A stretch of DNA of 64,000 bases from Nemertoderma westbladi. Its lineage: Eukaryota; Animalia; Xenacoelomorpha. The stretch is from assembly GCA_032718475.1 (NCBI GenBank), contig JAUCBJ010000699.1:62001-126000 (forward strand), read 5' to 3'. The notes under the pieces were generated by a model that saw nothing but the letters and a program-made list of their open reading frames with translations, had not been told where the DNA came from and searched no databases. The stretch's first letter is position 1. Each line of letters opens with the position of its first letter. Positions 60,501 through 64,000 of the stretch are shown here, piece after piece. The translations under genes were made by a program, and so were the position numbers.

Positions 60501-63500
60501 ACCGCCATTACCTAAAACTTCCTCTATTAACGAAGCCTAATTCAAAGTCAAAGTATTCACCACCATTACCTAAAACTTCCTCTATTAACGAAGCCTAATT
60601 CAAAGTCAAAGTATTCAACGCCATTACCTAACACTTCCTCTATTAACGAAGCCTAATTCAAAATCAAAGTATTCACCACCATTACCTAAAACTTCATCTA
60701 TTAACGAAGCCTAATTCAAAGTCAAAGTATTCACCACCATTACCTAAAACTTTATCTATTAACGAAGCCTAATTCAAAGTCAAAGTATTCACCGCCATTA
60801 CCTAAAACTTCATCTATTAACGAAGCCTAATTCAAAGTCAAAGTATTCACCGCCATTACCTAAAACTTCATCTATTAACGAAGCCTAATTCAAAGTCAAA
60901 GTATTCACCGCCATTACCTAAAACTTCATCTATTAACGAAGCCTAATTCAAAGTCAAAGTATTCACCGCCATTACCTAAAACTTCATCTATTAACGAAGC
61001 CTAATTAAAAGTCAAAGTATTCACCGCCATTACCTAAAACTTCATCTATTAACGAAGCCTAATTCAAAGTCAAAGTATTCACCACCATTACCTAAACTTT
61101 ATCTATTACCGAAGCCTAATTCAAAGTCAAAGTATTCACCACCATTACCTAAACTTTATCTATTACCGAAGCCTAATTCAAAGTCAAAGTATTCACCACC
61201 ATTACCTAAAACTTTATCTATTAACGAAGCCTAATTCAAAGTCAAAGTATTCAACGCCATTACCTAACACTTCCTCTATTAACGAAGCCTAATTCAAAAT
61301 CAAAGTATTCACCGCCATTACCTAAAACTTTATCTATTAACGAAGCCTAATTCAAAGTCAAAGTATTCACCGCCATTACCTAAAACTTTATCTATTAACG
61401 AAGCCAAAGTATTCACATACCATTACCTAAAACTTTATCTATTAATGAAGCCTAATTCAAAGTCAAAGTATTCACCGCCATTACCTAAAACTTCCTCTAT
61501 TAACGAAGCCTAATTCAAAGTCAAAGTATTCACCACCATTACCTAAAACTTTATCTATTAACGAAGCCAAAGTATTCACCGCCATTACCTAAAACTTTAT
61601 CTATTAACGAAGCCAAAGTATTCACATACCATTACCTAAAACTTTATCTATTAATGAAGCCTAATTCAAAGTCAAAGTATTCACCGCCATTACCTAAAAC
61701 TTCCTCTATTAACGAAGCCTAATTCAAAGTCAAAGTATTCACCGCCATTACCTAAACTTTATCTATTAACGAAGCCTAATTCAAAGTCAAAGTATTCACC
61801 ACCATTACCTAAAACTTTATCTATTAACGAAGCCAAAGTATTCACCGCCATTACCTAAAACTTTATCTATTAACGAAGCCAAAGTATTCACATACCATTA
61901 CCTAAAACTTTATCTATTAATGAAGCCTAATTCAAAGTCAAAGTATTCACCGCCATTACCTAAAACTTCCTCTATTAACGAAGCCTAATTCAAAGTCAAA
62001 GTATTCACCGCCTTTACCTAAAACTTTATCTATTAACAAAGCCTAATTCAAAGTCAAAGTATTCACCGCCATTACCTAAAACTTTATCTATTAACGAAGC
62101 CAAAGTATTCACATACCATTACCTAAAACTTTATCTATTAATGAAGCCTAATTCAAAGTCAAAGTATTCACCACCATTACCTAAAACTTTATCTATTAAC
62201 GAAGCCAAAGTATTCACCGCCATTACCTAAAACTTTATCTATTAACGAAGCCAAAGTATTCACATACCATTACCTAAAACTTTATCTATTAATGAAGCCT
62301 AATTCAAAGTCAAAGTATTCACCGCCATTACCTAAAACTTCCTCTATTAACGAAGCCTAATTCAAAGTCAAAGTATTCACCGCCTTTACCTAAAACTTTA
62401 TCTATTAACAAAGCCTAATTCAAAGTCAAAGTATTCACCGCCATTACCTAAAACTTTATCTATTAACGAAGCCAAAGTATTCACATACCATTACCTAAAA
62501 CTTTATCTATTAATGAAGCCTAATTCAAAGTCAAAGTATTCACCACCATTACCTAAAACTTTATCTATTAACGAAGCCAAAGTATTCACCGCCATTACCT
62601 AAAACTTTATCTATTAACGAAGCCAAAGTATTCACATACCATTACCTAAAACTTTATCTATTAATGAAGCCTAATTCAAAGTCAAAGTATTCACCGCCAT
62701 TACCTAAAACTTCCTCTATTAACGAAGCCTAATTCAAAGTCAAAGTATTCACCGCCTTTACCTAAAACTTTATCTATTAACAAAGCCTAATTCAAAGTCA
62801 AAGTATTCACCGCCATTACCTAAAACTTTATCTATTAACGAAGCCAAAGTATTCACATACCATTACCTAAAACTTTATCTATTAATGAAGCCTAATTCAA
62901 AGTCAAAGTATTCACCACCATTACCTAAAACTTTATCTATTAACGAAGCCAAAGTATTCACCGCCATTACCTAAAACTTTATCTATTAACGAAGCCAAAG
63001 TATTCACATACCATTACCTAAAACTTTATCTATTAATGAAGCCTAATTCAAAGTCAAAGTATTCACCGCCATTACCTAACACTTCCTCTATTAACGAAGC
63101 CTAATTCAAAATCAAAGTATTCACCGCCATTACCTAAAACTTTATCTATTAACGAAGCCTAATTCAAAGTCAAAGTATTCACCGCCATTACCTAAAACTT
63201 TATCTATTAACGAAGCCAAAGTATTCACATACCATTACCTAAAACTTTATCTATTAATGAAGCCTAATTCAAAGTCAAAGTATTCACCACCATTACCTAA
63301 AACTTTATCTATTAACGAAGCCAAAGTATTCACCGCCATTACCTAAAACTTTATCTATTAACGAAGCCAAAGTATTCACATACCATTACCTAAAACTTTA
63401 TCTATTAATGAAGCCTAATTCAAAGTCAAAGTATTCACCGCCATTACCTAACACTTCCTCTATTAACGAAGCCTAATTCAAAATCAAAGTATTCACCGCC

Positions 63501-64000
63501 ATTACCTAAAACTTTATCTATTAACGAAGCCTAATTCAAAGTCAAAGTATTCACCGCCATTACCTAAAACTTTATCTATTAACGAAGCCAAAGTATTCAC
63601 ATACCATTACCTAAAACTTTATCTATTAATGAAGCCTAATTCAAAGTCAAAGTATTCACCACCATTACCTAAAACTTTATCTATTAACGAAGCCAAAGTA
63701 TTCACCGCCATTACCTAAAACTTTATCTATTAACGAAGCCAAAGTATTCACATACCATTACCTAAAACTTTATCTATTAATGAAGCCTAATTCAAAGTCA
63801 AAGTATTCACCGCCATTACCTAAAACTTCCTCTATTAACGAAGCCTAATTCAAAGTCAAAGTATTCACCACCATTACCTAAAACTTCCTCTATTAACGAA
63901 GCCTAATTCAAAGTCAAAGTATTCACTGCCTTTACCTAAAACTTTATCTATTAACGAAGCCAAAGTATTCACATACCATTACCTAAAACTTTATCTATTA
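48560..64000. repeat. Large 58-bp satellite array (>15 kb, runs off the window) with 57-, 46- and 47-bp variants and higher-order repeats
   Basis: Unit (A/G)CCATTACCTAAAACTT(T/C)ATCTATTAACGAAGCCTAATTCAAAGTCAAAGTATTCACC. Short variants lack 12 bp (TAATTCAAAGTC). Confidence 0.98.

Overview
Repeat-rich, AT-rich eukaryotic (probably invertebrate animal) genomic DNA; nothing suggests a prokaryotic origin. Three probable host genes with uninterrupted coding regions are present: a galactose-3-O-sulfotransferase-like gene (12395-13621 +), a tentative mitoribosomal mS38/AURKAIP1-like gene (22471-23166 -) and a monomeric sarcosine-oxidase-like flavoprotein ending in the PTS1 tripeptide AKL (41952-43163 -). 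They lie among decayed LINEs, MITEs, Helentron-like elements and tandem arrays (43, 68 and 58 bp units; the 58-bp satellite fills the last ~15.4 kb). The centrepiece is a young, full-length ~14-kb Bel/Pao LTR retrotransposon (26533-40528, - strand, ~545-bp LTRs, TAATT target-site duplication). Downstream of pol, in the env position, it carries an extra ORF with motifs of a DEDDy (WRN/EXD/Mut-7/RNase D-type) 3'-5' exonuclease plus three CCHC zinc knuckles. A 41-bp hairpin array separates that ORF from pol. The element has no TGG-type tRNA primer-binding site; its PBS position is instead complementary to its own predicted transcript 5' end, suggesting Tf1-like self-priming. All family assignments come from motif recognition by eye; no database searches were run.
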